Of a stretch of DNA of 64,000 nucleotides, positions 14,716-28,779 are shown piece after piece (position 1 is the first letter of the stretch; each line of letters starts with the position of its first letter). Source of the stretch: Octopus vulgaris. Its lineage: Eukaryota. Position numbers and translations under genes: made by a program. Location of the stretch: positions 1,798,001 to 1,862,000 of the forward strand of contig OX597821.1 of NCBI GenBank assembly GCA_951406725.2, read 5' to 3'. The notes under the pieces are model-generated. The model had not been told where the DNA came from, did not search any database, and saw nothing but the letters and a program-made list of their open reading frames with translations.

Positions 14716-16453
14716 TGGAGCTTGGCCTGTCACCATGTGGTTTGGAGGCTACTTACAACACAGTGGTGCCTATATCTAATGATGTTTTAATTTACTTGAA
14801 GCTTAAACAGAGTGTAGGCTCCACATGCTGGACTCCCACTAATTTCAGTACAAAACTTGTCCTAGAATGCTTCATGTCTTGAATTGGAAGCATTATTTCT
14901 GACTTGAGATTATTATTTACCAGTTTGATCGCTACACTACTAGTTGGGAAATGGAAGCTATACTCCTAAGTAATGGAAGCTATACTCGTAAGTATCGTCC
15001 ATGATTTTTGTATAACTAAATCTAGTCTAGTTTATATCACGTTCTTGTAGAGACTGCTGCTAATCAGACAACAAGGTATTCTCCTAACTATCTCAAAATA
15101 ATTATTTTGCTGTATGTAAAAAATTTTATTGATTTTTATTTATATTTTCACATTCTTGTGATATAGCGGACATTGGACGATATTGGAGATATTTCAATAA
15201 CAAGTAGACATAAATTTCAGGTATGGATTAGTTTGAATTCCTTTTCAAACAATTATGATACTACAAAACCACAAGAGGACTGGAATCTACAGCATCTGAT
15301 CCCACTCTCTTGCATCTAAGAGGCCTTGTTGTGTCTATGCTGAGATGTAAAGAAATAACCATATGAAAGGAATGCATTCAAGTAAGTAGGATGAAAGAAG
15401 ATGTAAAATGTTATAAAGATCAATTTGAAGATGATGCGGAAAATCGAAAAGTTTGAATAGGAAAACAGCAGCTAATATACAGTATATTCATACGATGGAT
15501 TTAACTAAGTGGAAAAACTTCTCCATTGCCCAAGGATATAAAACTAATGTCGGTTGAGAGATTTGAACTACTTGATGTAAATTCTGTTGTGAAAATTTCG
15601 AAGACAACCAATGCATGTGGCCTCGTGCATAAATCATTGCGAATAAGGAATAACAATTGCGAACCATTCACCGTTGTAGTTATGATTTGAATTTGAATTA
15701 TCTTCAGATATCGATAATGCATTTTGCATTAATGCATCAGCTATTCTTTTCTAATATGTGCAGTACTTCCTTTACAAGTGCATCTGTTCCGTCACACATA
15801 ATAATTTTAAAGGAGAATAGTAGTGGAGTTAGAGTTACATAAAGGAAGGATTTTAAAGAAAGCATTTATAGAAATGGAGAATAAGATGGACAAATCGATG
15901 GATCGATAAGTAAATATGTAGATATATGGATGAGACTTAGAATGGGGGAGACAAAGAAAGATTGAGAAAAATAAAGAGAAAGAGAGGGATCTCTCCCTTT
16001 ATATGTGAATTGATAATAACCCAGAGCCATTAAAATATGTGTATGTATGTGAGTATATGTCTGTGAGTTAACCTGCGTACATTCATAGTATATATCTACA
16101 CATAAGTACATACATACATTTATACATACATATATACATAGATACAAACATATATATGTATATATACATATATATACACACACACATATATATATAGTAC
16201 ATACATATATAGTTTTATGTATGTAGCGATATAATGAAGTGAAAATGTATGTAAGTAGGGGAGTATATCCCTCTTTAAAGAGGAACTAACACATCTGTAT
16301 CTATATATATGGGTCAGTATATGTCTTCATATCTACTTGTATTATTACATATAAGTACGCACCTTCGTGCCTAAAATGAATATGTATGCATTAACGTTTA
16401 TGTATATATATATGAATGTACATGCATATAAATATGTATACTATAAATGTGTA

Positions 16454-16492
<39 letters not shown>

Positions 16493-16747
16493 CAATATAC
16501 ATTATTCATATATGCATAGACTATCAATGAATATGCATTTACATAAATATGTTTATATATATGAATATTTGAGGTGCGAATACATACATTGACTGACACT
16601 GGTATAAAGAGAAATACGCATACATACATACATTGAAACATACATATATTCACACACACAAACATATATACATACATGTGTGTGTGCGTGTGTATATATA
16701 TAGTTATGTATGTGTATATATATGTATATATATATATGTATATATAC

Positions 16748-16880
<133 letters not shown>

Positions 16881-17505
16881 TAAAACTAAAAATGAGCATA
16901 GCAAATGTCAGAAGGACATACACGGCGAATGTATCAGTTTGACGCTAAGTTTAATATGAAAAAAAAATAAAGAGGCGGCATGTGACGTCTTTAGCATGAT
17001 AGATAGACAGAGATAGAAAAAACGAAAAAATGAAAAAGGGTGGGAGGTGGTTGTTAAGAAATATGTAGATGCAACGCAGAAGAATAGAACAACAGGAGGA
17101 CAGAAATGGTGACTAAGAAAGAAACTTATATAAAAGTGGGAGGGAAAAAGACAGAATCTAAGATAATCAGCGTGAACCAACAGTACGCCACTATATAATT
17201 CCAAGACACGTTACCAAACAATTTTCTCCTACATTGTAAAGTTTATTACATTCTATCGCTCGCAATTCAATTTTGCAGACTGTGACATAAACATAGATGG
17301 AAGGAATTAGCGAACGACATACACCATTCCTTCTTAGAGTAATGTTGTATTTAGGGCATAAGTATGCTACTTCGCCAGTGCCATTTCTCAATACCATAAC
17401 ACTGCATTATCGGAGGGCGAAGGTATTTTCTTAGCAAATTTATATCGTTACTTTTACCAGCAACAATATTAGCTGTTATTGTATTAGATAAGTGTATATT
17501 TATGC

Positions 17506-17549
<44 letters not shown>

Positions 17550-17610
17550 TATATATATAAATATATTTATGTATATGTATATATATATACATATATACAT
17601 ATATACATAT

Positions 17611-17667
<57 letters not shown>

Positions 17668-17704
17668 TATATGTATATTTATGTATATGTATATATATAC
17701 ATAT

Positions 17705-17766
<62 letters not shown>

Positions 17767-17824
17767 GTATATATATGTAGATATATATATATATGTATAT
17801 ATTCCATATGTATATGGAATTGCG

Positions 17825-18155
17825 CATAAAACTAGTTTTGCGCAAGCCTGGGCTAGATGTAAGAAAATCCTGGGCAGCCCAATCGTCAGGATTCCACTCT
17901 CGACCTTGCTGACTGAGTCCAGAGCATTACGTTTGGCACTAGATTGGTTGCAGGAGCTGCCGGAAGAGTGTCCAGTCGAACACTAAACCGCCAATAGGGC
18001 TCCACTCCGGATTTCTTTGAAGGTTGTCTACTTTCCGTAACCCTAGAAAGGGGCCCATACCGGCTAGTATCAGTTGAAGTCAGCTGAACCCGAGACTTGT
18101 GTCAGGCAGGGTCGTCACTCCCTGAAGTAGTGAAGAAAATCGCTACCCACTACTT
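17825..18155 (-). mobile_element. GC-richer interspersed fragment, possibly a non-LTR (RTE-like) 5' UTR
   Basis: Non-coding GC island between TA arrays; motif aaatccggagtggagccc is reminiscent of RTE 5' UTRs (from memory, unverified). Confidence 0.3.
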
Positions 18156-18169
18156 TACATATATGTATG

Positions 18170-18233
<64 letters not shown>

Positions 18234-18252
18234 GTGTGTAGTATGTGTATAA

Positions 18253-18279
<27 letters not shown>

Positions 18280-18295
<16 letters not shown>

Positions 18296-19528
18296 AAACT
18301 GAGAATGTGTGTCTGTCTGTCTGTCTGTCTGTGTGTTTCCCTAAAACTTGAGAACTACACAACCAATTTCATTCAAATTTTACATATGCCTTACTTAGGG
18401 TCCGGGGAGTGTCATCGGCAAAAAATTTTTTAAACTTTTTGCCCACAGCAAAATCATATCTTCTCCGCTATTTCAGTATTACGTGTTAAAAGTGAAACAA
18501 AAACATCTCTCTATTGTATGTATATGGATGTATATATATATATATATATGTTAAAAAATATTAAGTTATATCTTGAGATCGTTAGTGACAACAACGCTCA
18601 AAATATATAACAGACTGGAATAGTAGTGCTCAAATGAGCTGTATACACTTTTTAATCCGAGGGGAAGGCAATGCGAGCAGCAACTACAAGAGCACTACAA
18701 AATCTACAGAAAGATCAAACACATACATATATTCATATATTCATTTATATCTACAGAACAGACATAAAGCCCGACGTTTAAAAATATATAGTAATATATA
18801 AATAGATAAACATCATATAAAAATATATTGTACGCATAAGATCCACTCGACGTTCCATAAGAAATTTAGAAATAAAAATTGCAATAAAAGTTAGAGGTAA
18901 TAATAACGATTGAATTAAATATAGTAAATATAGTAAGTAGTAATTAAATATATTTTATTTTATTAAAATGCTAATTAAATCGTAATATAACAATTAAAAG
19001 AAAAAAATAGCAATTAGTATAAAATGTATCAAAGACTTGAACTCGAATATGTGGCTTTGGATGAATGGGATAAATTAAAAGATGAAAAATTTAATTCAGT
19101 GCAGAAGTGATTTAGTCCAGATGGAGCTGTGCGCATACCATTTACTATAGCTGCTAGATTGAATTATATGCTTATAAAGTAACATTCAGTATCTATGAAA
19201 ATTTTTAGGAGTACGTAATGTCTGGTCTTTCGCATGTAGCAGGTATGTACTTGTGCATTTGTTTCGGTGTACTATGTGTTGTGTGTAAAAAACATCCTGA
19301 AGAAGGGAGTGTCAATTTTAAATATATATGTTTCATATTAATTGGTGCATCTCCGAAACTTTTATGTATTTTTGTAATTTGTATATTTATCTTCTATATA
19401 TTTTTCTCTGGAATTTTAATTTCGTCTTTTTAATATGTCGTTATATGTTTTATTACCCCAAATTTTTGATTTAACAAATTTACACCAAACTAGCACTATG
19501 ACCCGGCAACGCCGGGTCATAATGCTAG
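18280..19528 (+). mobile_element. Non-autonomous Helitron with nested insertion
   Basis: 5' (TGTC)n tract as in the 3974 element; perfect 3' hairpin atgacccggc-aac-gccgggtcat (19498-19520) followed by CTAG|T. Confidence 0.75.
18560..19435 (+). mobile_element. Penelope-like remnant with decayed hammerhead
   Basis: A-rich coding-like decay, then CTGAAGA (19297) - long helix II - GAAAC (19355) and a T-rich tail. Confidence 0.4.
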
Positions 19529-19538
19529 TATGTATATA

Positions 19539-19570
<32 letters not shown>

Positions 19571-19631
19571 AGCACACTCACACGCACACACACACACTTA
19601 GGGTCCGGGGAGTGTCATCGGCGTAGAGTAA

Positions 19632-20553
19632 AGGGTGCGTAGAGTAAATTGTTGTCATTTTATACTTTAAATTTTGCGCATTGTTTACTTTTTATTTTGT
19701 CGACTACACAGTATCGTCGGGTAAGCTGGGCACCGTCCGTGATAAAAACAGCACAATGATTCAATTCACTCATCCAGAAATTTAGAAACGACATGCTACA
19801 CTGCTTGGTATTCGCACCTGAAGCTCCAATATGAAAATCTCCGAGTGTATGGTTGTCAAACTGTGGACGGTGCAAATTGAGCATATGTATCGAATGTAAT
19901 AGGAATCAAATATCCAGTGAACATCATGGTGTTTGGAGTGCTCAGTAGTGATGGCGACGTTATACTTCCATTAATCATTCCACACGGCCTCACACTCAAC
20001 ACGGAAGCATATATCTAGTACCTGGAGGACGTAGTGCTGACCATGGTCAAGAGGATGAATACTGGAAAGCCCTATGTCTGGCAATAGGATTTTGCACTAT
20101 GTCACACAAGCAGGAGAACCAAGTCATGCGACCAAATGACTCCTACCACCTGGCCACGTAATGCCTCACACTGCAACCCCCTTGATTATTACGTGTGGGA
20201 CGCAGTTGAGCGGCAAACCAACAAAATTCCTTGTAACACCAAAGATGGACTGAAGGCAAGGATCATGACGCATTCACCAACTTAAAAAAAGGAGAACGTC
20301 CAGAAGATTTGCACGAGAAACCGAAGTCCTGTTGAGGCCGTGGTGGGAGCGAATGATGATTTTGCTGAATAAATTTACTCTTTAGTATTTTACTTATTCT
20401 ATCGGTCTCTTTTGCCGAACCGCTAAGTTACGGGGACGTAAACACACTAGCATCGGTTGTCAAGCGATGTTGGGTGGACAAGCACAGATACACAAACATA
20501 TACACGTACATACATACATACATACATACATACATACATACATACATACACAC

Positions 20554-20597
<44 letters not shown>

Positions 20598-20888
20598 ATA
20601 TACGACGGGCTTCTTTCAGTTTCCGTCTACCAAATCCACTCGCATGGCTTTGGTTAGCCCGAGGTTATAGTATAAGACACTTGCCTGAGGTGCCACGCAG
20701 TGGGATTGAACCCGGAACCATGTACTTCGTAAGCAAGCTAATTACCACACAGCCACACATACGGCTATATACGCTTTAGTATTTCAGGATATTTTTTATG
20801 TAATGTTGGTAAATAAATCTGTTAATTAAGATGTCAGTATTATTTTCATTTCTGCGTAATTTAGACGACAATTTATTCACCGCATCCT
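19632..20888 (+). mobile_element. Tc1/mariner superfamily transposon remnant (maT/DD37D-like)
   Basis: Imperfect TIRs (gggtgcgtagagtaaattgttgtc / gacgacaatttattcaccgcatcc); decayed transposase IMVFGVLSSDG...YVWQ*DFALCH...WPRNASHCNPLDYYVW. Confidence 0.8.
20391..20773 (-). mobile_element. SINE family A nested in the transposon
   Basis: Family A body on the minus strand; direct repeat ctttagtattt at 20380-20390 and 20774-20784 (TSD). Confidence 0.85.
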
Positions 20889-21462
20889 ATATACATATGA
20901 ATATCTATACATACTCCAGGCATATAAAGAGAAACAAAGAGTATATACGTAATATAGAAGTTTTGTGAATATCTTTTAGCATTTACTGGTTTCAGCCTAA
21001 GGCTGGGTCCATGCTGGATCAGTGCCGTTCCGTTTTTGGGGGTCTCCTTTCTGTCCTATTTTTGGCGAAAAGCAAGTTCGGTGGAACCGCTTCTCTTTAT
21101 ATCTCCTATAGTGATGTGCGTTCATCTCGGATTTCAGATACAAATTTGTCCACATATTTTTGAAAGTCTCCACATCTATACATCCCACGTGTCTGAGGTT
21201 AACTGGCATTATATTAATCAGTGGTGGTGCCCTGAAACCAAAGCTGTTGCAGTATATATATATCATAAATGAAAAAAATATATATTAAGAATAGGACATC
21301 ACCAACGATTGAAATGTATGTAGACACACATCTTCAGTTGTTCATAGCTTGGGTTCAATACTTATTCACTATTATGAATGTTTCTTCGCTGTTAAGTTCC
21401 TTGCATTTGCTGAGTGGCTGCAATCTATTTTATCTCTTCATTCGTTCTTTTATGATGAAGAC

Positions 21463-21575
21463 TGCGAGCTGGCAGAAACGGTAGCACGCCGGGCGAAATG
21501 CTCTGCGGTGTTTCGTCTGCCGTTACGTTCTGAGTTCAAATTCCGCCGAGGTCGACTTTGCTTTTCATCCTTTCG

Positions 21576-21576
<1 letters not shown>
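21463..21576 (+). mobile_element. tRNA-derived SINE family B, truncated
   Basis: gcgagctggcagaaacg...gagttcaaattccgccgaggtcgactttgc; same as 39584 and 56500-56715. Confidence 0.8.
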
Positions 21577-21612
<36 letters not shown>

Positions 21613-21644
21613 TAAAAGAGACAAAGAGAAGTGCTCAGTATATA

Positions 21645-22190
21645 AATAATAATAATAATAATAATGAAATTATTGTATACAGTGCTCAGGTGCACCACAA
21701 CTTGTCAAAAGTGCGTATAAGGCATACGCAGTAATGTACAAATGACTGGGAAGTGAACAGTGTATGAGTCAGATACATGCTTGTGTGTGTGTGGAGGGGA
21801 GAAAATCAGGTGTAGTGTTGGCGAATCTCAGGAAGCATGGAAGTTTTGAAGGATGCAGTGCTCCGACAACTAACAACTGATGCCGGCAGTTTGTTCCATG
21901 CTTCAGCAACTCTTAGCGTGAAAAAATGTTTCCGAAAGTCATGGGAGCTGTGCTGTTTTCTGACTTTGTAAAAATGTCCAGTGATGTTAGAGAGGTGGAG
22001 TTTGAAAAGGTGCTCAGAGTCATTGTTAGTAAGATAGTTAATAATTTTAAGTGTTTCTGTCAAGACGTCGGAGTTTCAATGTATCCATGCCCAGGGACGT
22101 AAGGCGTTCTGAATATGGCAAATGCCTGATGGAGGGTATTCTCTTGGTTGCACGTCACTGAATGGTTTCCAGACGATTAATATGCTACAG
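21645..22190 (-). mobile_element. CR1-clade LINE, 5'-truncated 3' end
   Basis: ORF2 C-terminus RATKRIPSIRHLPYSERL...TGHFYKVRKQHSSHDFRKHFFTLRVAEAWNKLP...SFK, short 3' UTR, (ATT)n tail. Confidence 0.88.
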
Positions 22191-22426
22191 AGTATATAAT
22201 CTATAGAATACGAATTTCCGATCTGCGACAATGAATCTCACAAATTGAAACCAATGAATATAAATATGCTATCGAGGAGTTATAAAACGGAATTGTAGTA
22301 GTTGACGCTTGAAGATTGCAATGGCTTGACACTCAAATCCAGTGACATGAATTCAGTTTGAAAGGCATTACTCTCTGGGAAACCAATTGCACTCTTTAAA
22401 CATATTTGAGATTTATATACACACGA

Positions 22427-22458
<32 letters not shown>

Positions 22459-22561
22459 ACACACACACACGCACACACACAAACGCATACGGCAAATCCA
22501 TACACACATTTCTTTGTGTATCTATCTATCCATGTATCTACGTATCTATCTATATTATATT

Positions 22562-22631
<70 letters not shown>

Positions 22632-22696
22632 TACATATATATGCATAATTATATATACATACATATATATATGCATGCATGCATACATATATGTGC

Positions 22697-22730
<34 letters not shown>

Positions 22731-22800
22731 TGGTAAAACGGTAAGATAACAAAAGAAAGAAAGAGACCTCAATATTATATAAATAGAGGAAATTTATCTA

Positions 22801-22988
22801 TACAATAATATGTTACGTTACTCGGTAGTCAAGATAAAATGCTGAGTTTCAGATGCCGAAGTGGAAATCTACAAAAAACAAAAAAACAAAAAAAGGAGAT
22901 AACCGAAGAGATGGTGTTGTGGATTTCCACTTCGGCATCTGAAACTCAGAGTTTTATCTTGGCTACCGAGTAACGTAACATATTGTTG

Positions 22989-22990
<2 letters not shown>
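22801..22990. repeat. Inverted repeat, about 73-bp arms (Penelope-like fold-back)
   Basis: tacaataatatgttacgttactcggtag...gtggaaatctacaa is the near-perfect reverse complement of 22917-22990. Confidence 0.9.
22897..22960 (+). ncRNA. Type I hammerhead ribozyme candidate
   Basis: agataa CCGAAGA gatg...catc t GAAAC tcaga GTT ttatct. Confidence 0.6.
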
Positions 22991-23022
<32 letters not shown>

Positions 23023-23099
23023 ATGTGTATTTATATGTATATATATACATATATTATATATATATATATATATATGTATATTTATATGTATATATATAC

Positions 23100-23174
<75 letters not shown>

Positions 23175-23218
23175 TTATATATATATATATATATGTATAT
23201 TTATATGTATATATATAC

Positions 23219-23277
<59 letters not shown>

Positions 23278-23469
23278 AGACTCACAACACGCACACGCAC
23301 ACACACACAGATACATACATACACACATAAATATATATATATATATATTTCACGAACGAAATATAATATTCGTCACTTAATAGAAGACTTACACCCGAAG
23401 ACCTTCTCCACAGAGATCATCAGCTATGCTGATTACAAGAGTTTTATTACCATCGTTATTTCATTCTGT

Positions 23470-23476
23470 TATTATT

Positions 23477-23517
<41 letters not shown>

Positions 23518-23660
23518 TATTATTATTATTATTAGCAATATCATTATCATCATCATCATTATAATTATTATTAGCATTATCATTATCATCATCATCATCA
23601 TCATTATCATTATTTTTGTTGTTGTTGTTGTTGTTGCTGTTGTTATTATTACTACTATGG
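23470..23660. repeat. Compound (CAT)n/(TAT)n/(GTT)n microsatellite
   Basis: Directly visible. Confidence 0.95.
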
Positions 23661-23882
23661 TTATGATCATTACTTTATATAAAGACACCTATTTGAAGTC
23701 AATAAATTTCTTGTTCCATTCGTAAAACTATGTGACATTCGATGTTAAGTTCGATGTTAAATGTTAAACTTCGTATGGTCGTTTAGAAGTAACAATGGGG
23801 TGTGGGCGGAGGCAATAATGTGTGTAATTCACTTAAGCATTATGAAATAGAAGACATCTTACATATGTACGTATGGATATGT

Positions 23883-23950
<68 letters not shown>

Positions 23951-24054
23951 CACGTACACATATGTACATATATACGTATGCATATATATATATATATATG
24001 TATATACTTTTATGTATGTATGTATGCGTATATGTATGTATATATATACACGTG

Positions 24055-24095
<41 letters not shown>

Positions 24096-24130
24096 ATATC
24101 TATATCTATCTATCTATCCCCCCATCTCTC

Positions 24131-24193
<63 letters not shown>

Positions 24194-24812
24194 AACCATT
24201 TCGTTGCATTTCTTTCCCATATACGCATTTTTCCTAATAGTATCTGAAAAGTGAATCAGAAATACATTCATATACATATTCATACGCACATACATGTATA
24301 TATTTATATGGCCATACATAAATATATACACACATGCCTGCATTCATATAGACTTGTGGTTACTATTCATTAGAGTAATATTAAGTTTGAAGTAAGATTA
24401 AAAGGAGTAAATATATCATTAATCATGTTCTGTATTTAATTTTTCACTTTCTTCCGTTCCATTTTCTTCTCAGTTCTTGTTGAATCTCTGTGTTAAACTG
24501 TATCTTCTTCTCTATCGCCAAATATATAGGGAACACGATACGTATGGTAACATATAACTTAATTATTTATATTTATATCGATCAACCTATGAATCTTGCT
24601 TTCAAACAATTTATCGCAATGTTGGTTTGTGTAATTCTCTGCCTATCTGTATATCTATTTCTCTGACTGTCGGGTTCGATTCCAGTTTCATTCTTTTATC
24701 TTCCTACATCCCCGGCTCTGTCCTCCTATTACAATGAGTATATAATATTACATTTCAATCTACCTATCTATCTATCTATCTATCTATCTATCAATATATA
24801 TTTATGTATATA

Positions 24813-24858
<46 letters not shown>

Positions 24859-24928
24859 TATATATATATTTATACACATATATATATACACACACACACA
24901 CATATATATATATATTTATACGTATATG

Positions 24929-24959
<31 letters not shown>

Positions 24960-24989
24960 GTATATATAAACACACATACAAATATATAT

Positions 24990-25189
24990 AACGAGAAGTT
25001 TTACGAAAATAAACAAAAGACGAAGGCAGGTGGAGTACAAACAAGCAAATGTATTTGTACGGCGCTCATGAATAGAAATAAAACAAGTCTTTTACGTTTC
25101 GAGCCTACGCTCTTCGACAGAAAGATACACAGAAAAGAAACAAGGAGAGAAAAAATGCGTGTAGGAACTAACGGTCCATCATGGCGTTC

Positions 25190-25190
<1 letters not shown>
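24990..25190 (-). mobile_element. Short Penelope-like insert with variant hammerhead (25089-25124)
   Basis: Minus strand cttt CTGTCGA A gagc-gtag-gctc GAAAC GTA aaag; homologous to 42135-42320 and 35620-35830. Confidence 0.6.
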
Positions 25191-25288
<98 letters not shown>

Positions 25289-25363
25289 GTGTATATACAC
25301 ACACAAACACACATAAGGTCTTGCTGATCGAACCAGGTAAATGTTTGGAAGGGATGTTCTCAT

Positions 25364-25650
25364 AGGCGTAGGACAGGCTATCTGGTAACTAGTTTGCTTA
25401 CCAATCACTTGCTTCCGGGTTCAGTCCCGCTGCGTGGCACCTTCGGCAAGTGCTTTCAGCTAGAGCCTAGGGCCGACCAAAGCCTTGTATATGTGTGTGT
25501 GTTTGTCCTCCCAACATTGCTTGACAACCGATGCTGCTGTGTTTACGTACACGTAACTTAGCGGCTCGACAAGGTGAGAGAGAGACAAAGAATAAATCCT
25601 GGTGTTAATTTGCTCGTCTAAAGGTGGTGCTCCAGTATGGTCGCGGGCGA
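25364..25650 (+). mobile_element. SINE family A
   Basis: ggcgtaggacaggctatctggtaac...ccgggttcagtccc...aaggtggtgctccagtatgg. Confidence 0.8.
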
Positions 25651-25932
25651 AGGTTCGTTTTGTATGTTACTTGTCTTGCTTTTCATTTGTTTCTCTCTTT
25701 CTTTTCGTACCCAACCGTAATTTCGTATTTCATGTTGATTATTTTGTGACGTACTGTACCCATATATGCTTATCTATGTACATATACATGTATGTTTGTA
25801 TGTATGTACATATATGAATGTAAATATGCATATATATATTATTTATATTTTTATTTGACTGGACGTTACGCATCCATTTCCAAGTGAGCTTATCTTAATA
25901 TATGTATTATGTATGTGTGTATCTGTATTATG

Positions 25933-26029
<97 letters not shown>

Positions 26030-26804
26030 TTATCTATTTACCTATCTATCTATCTATTTATCTGTCTGTATGTCTGTCTGTCTATACGTATGTCTGTCTG
26101 TCTGTCTGTCTCTCTATATATATATGTGTATATATCAGAATGTTCTTGGAAGTGTAAAAAATAGTATATTTATGATATATTATTAATAATATACTTTATG
26201 TAATATATATATATATATCTGTATGTACATATATACATACACACACACGCACACACATATACATATATACACATGCTTGTTTGCGTATGTGTGAAAATAA
26301 ATATATTTACATATATGAGACACTGTGTATTCAATAACAAAGCTCATTTCGAAATCCATAACATCGTATCAATGATGAATGATAAATAGAGATAAAAATA
26401 TGAAAAATAGATCAGAACGCTTTCACTTTTTTACTCTAAATATGAATTATCAAATTCCCTAAGGAGCATCATTTTGGCATTGTTATTACGAAACAAACGG
26501 ATAAATAACTTCATTATGAAGATCAGGGCAAATATATTTATGTCTTTCCTCTCAACTCGGTTAATCCTTATTAATTTACTTTCTGTTGCCCTCCCCGACT
26601 CTTTCTCGTCCCCCACCCCCGTCTCTCATCCTCTTTTTCTCAGTCGTTTCTTCTTACTATATCTCTATTTCCCGTTCTTTGCCATTTCCGTCGCTTCTGC
26701 TGCTCTTCTTTCTCTCCCAATTCGTATTGCATTTATACTTGCATATTGACACAGACACCCACACACACACACATATAAACATACACAGCCATACATACCA
26801 GCCC

Positions 26805-26849
<45 letters not shown>

Positions 26850-26929
26850 TATATAGAAATATATATATATATATATATTATATATAAATATATATATATA
26901 TATATATAAATATATGCATGTGTGTGTGT

Positions 26930-27300
26930 GTGTTTGAAGGCAAGAAAATATGCTGTTGAATTTGTTGAAGTGCAAAAGGCAGTTGTTAAGCCCCTGATAG
27001 AATTGATGAAATACGCCAGGCTCCGCATCATCCACTAATGCTATTATGTAGCCAATGAAAGGATGTCAGACAATCTTTACAATCCTGTACCAACTAACCT
27101 GTGGACCCCAATCTCTCCAGATGTAAATTCCAATGTGTTCTACATTTGGTGCGTTGTCCAAAGGGAGGCTAATCGACAGCATAACAGTTCCTTGCGCTTC
27201 ACTAAATACCTCCGTTGTCACAGGATGTCTGAATGGAAAAGGACGTTCAAGTCTCGCATTAAAGTAGTCATCAAAGCTTAGAGCGATACAAAGAATAATC
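26930..27300 (+). mobile_element. Degraded maT/Tc1-mariner transposase fragment
   Basis: NLWTPISPDVNSNVFYIWCVVQREAN resembles the WPPxSPDLNPLDYxVW motif. Confidence 0.55.
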
Positions 27301-27394
27301 TTATGACGATGTTTATCGAGAACATGTACACAAATTATTGTTAAAAATACAGTTTATATTTTCGAGATTAAATTTGTTTTATAAGGTTAAAAAA

Positions 27395-28190
27395 GGTTCT
27401 TTTTTAATCTAGAATGTTCCTTCATTTTATACAATCCTATTCCATCTATCTGGTGGACTTGCAAGGACCCTCTTCCAAAATTCACATGTCCTTGACGAAA
27501 AGTACTCCGGTAGTAGTGTTCTGATCTCATCTACAGAATTCAGACTTTTCCCGCCTAAATGATTTAGAAGACTGCAGAATAAATTATATTCAGATGAGGC
27601 AATGTCCGGCGAATAAAGTGGGTGGGCAATCGTTTTCCATTCAAACTGCTCCAGTTTTGGAATGTCGTCCTCATTGTATGTGGCCGAGTATTATCCTTAT
27701 GGACGAACACCTTTCGTTTTGAAACCAAAGATGATCGTTCTTCTTCTAGCGCAGGTATCGATGAATGGTTGAATGACCAAATCCAAGATTCTCTGCTAGT
27801 TCATCAACAGTTACGATGGGATCTAGTTCGGCCAGGGTATGCGGGGCGTCCTCGTCGAGCTCTACCGCTCTTCCAGTACAAGGCTCGTCTTCTAGGCTGT
27901 GTGTCGGGCTCGGAATTTCTTGCTTACGCTTATTGTCCGATATCCATATACTGCATATATATATTTCTCGAACTTTCCGTTGCGTTGTAGCTTTATTAAT
28001 CTCATAAAGCAAATATGTCGAATATGCTCCTTTGTCACTTCCATTATAGCTTTGAAAAAATAACTGTTAAAATCGAACTGAACTCTTCAAACCTTTCACT
28101 AGGAATAAGGCCAAAGTAAAATTACTACCTGCTTTTATAGCAAATTGATGCAGGTAGTATATCACGCCCTTCGGCTTTTAGTTCATGCAG
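27395..28190 (-). mobile_element. Degraded mariner transposon
   Basis: HTH region LEDEPCTGRAVELDED...TVDELAENLGFGHSTIHRYL and catalytic HKDNTRPH...HPLYSPDIASSEYNLF. Confidence 0.85.
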
Positions 28191-28448
28191 TTATAACCCT
28201 GATGGCCTTATGCGTTAGCCGTCCCTTGAACACTGATATGCATGATAATGACTAAAAGAGACAATGTAAATGATATATCTCTCTGAGACTTAAATTCCAG
28301 CCTTGTTATTTTTACTGTAGTTCTAGGAGGTTCTTCGTTGCCGTTCTTTTCGCTTTGTATTTCTGAGACTTGTAAATGCACATACATACAAACAAACATA
28401 GACAAATACACAATTTATTGGCTTGACCACACACACACCGACACACAG

Positions 28449-28481
<33 letters not shown>

Positions 28482-28701
28482 AACGCATACACACATACGC
28501 ACTCACACACACAATAAGTTCCATCAATTGGTTATAGTTTGAAATGTATTAACTGAAGAAGATCTTACGTAAATGTATTTCCTTTTATATATTATGCAAA
28601 CCACAAACGTATATATTAAATGCTTCCAAACTATCATTATTTGGTTTGACTTCACTATTAGAATTATATTATACTTGTAGATATAAAAGTGAGAGCGTAT
28701 G

Positions 28702-28765
<64 letters not shown>

Positions 28766-28779
28766 TTGTTAAAGAGGAT

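Noticed and set aside
23010-23235. Higher-order units within TA arrays (also 17545-17720 and 57430-57530)
   Set aside because: Ordinary slippage duplication of interrupted microsatellites
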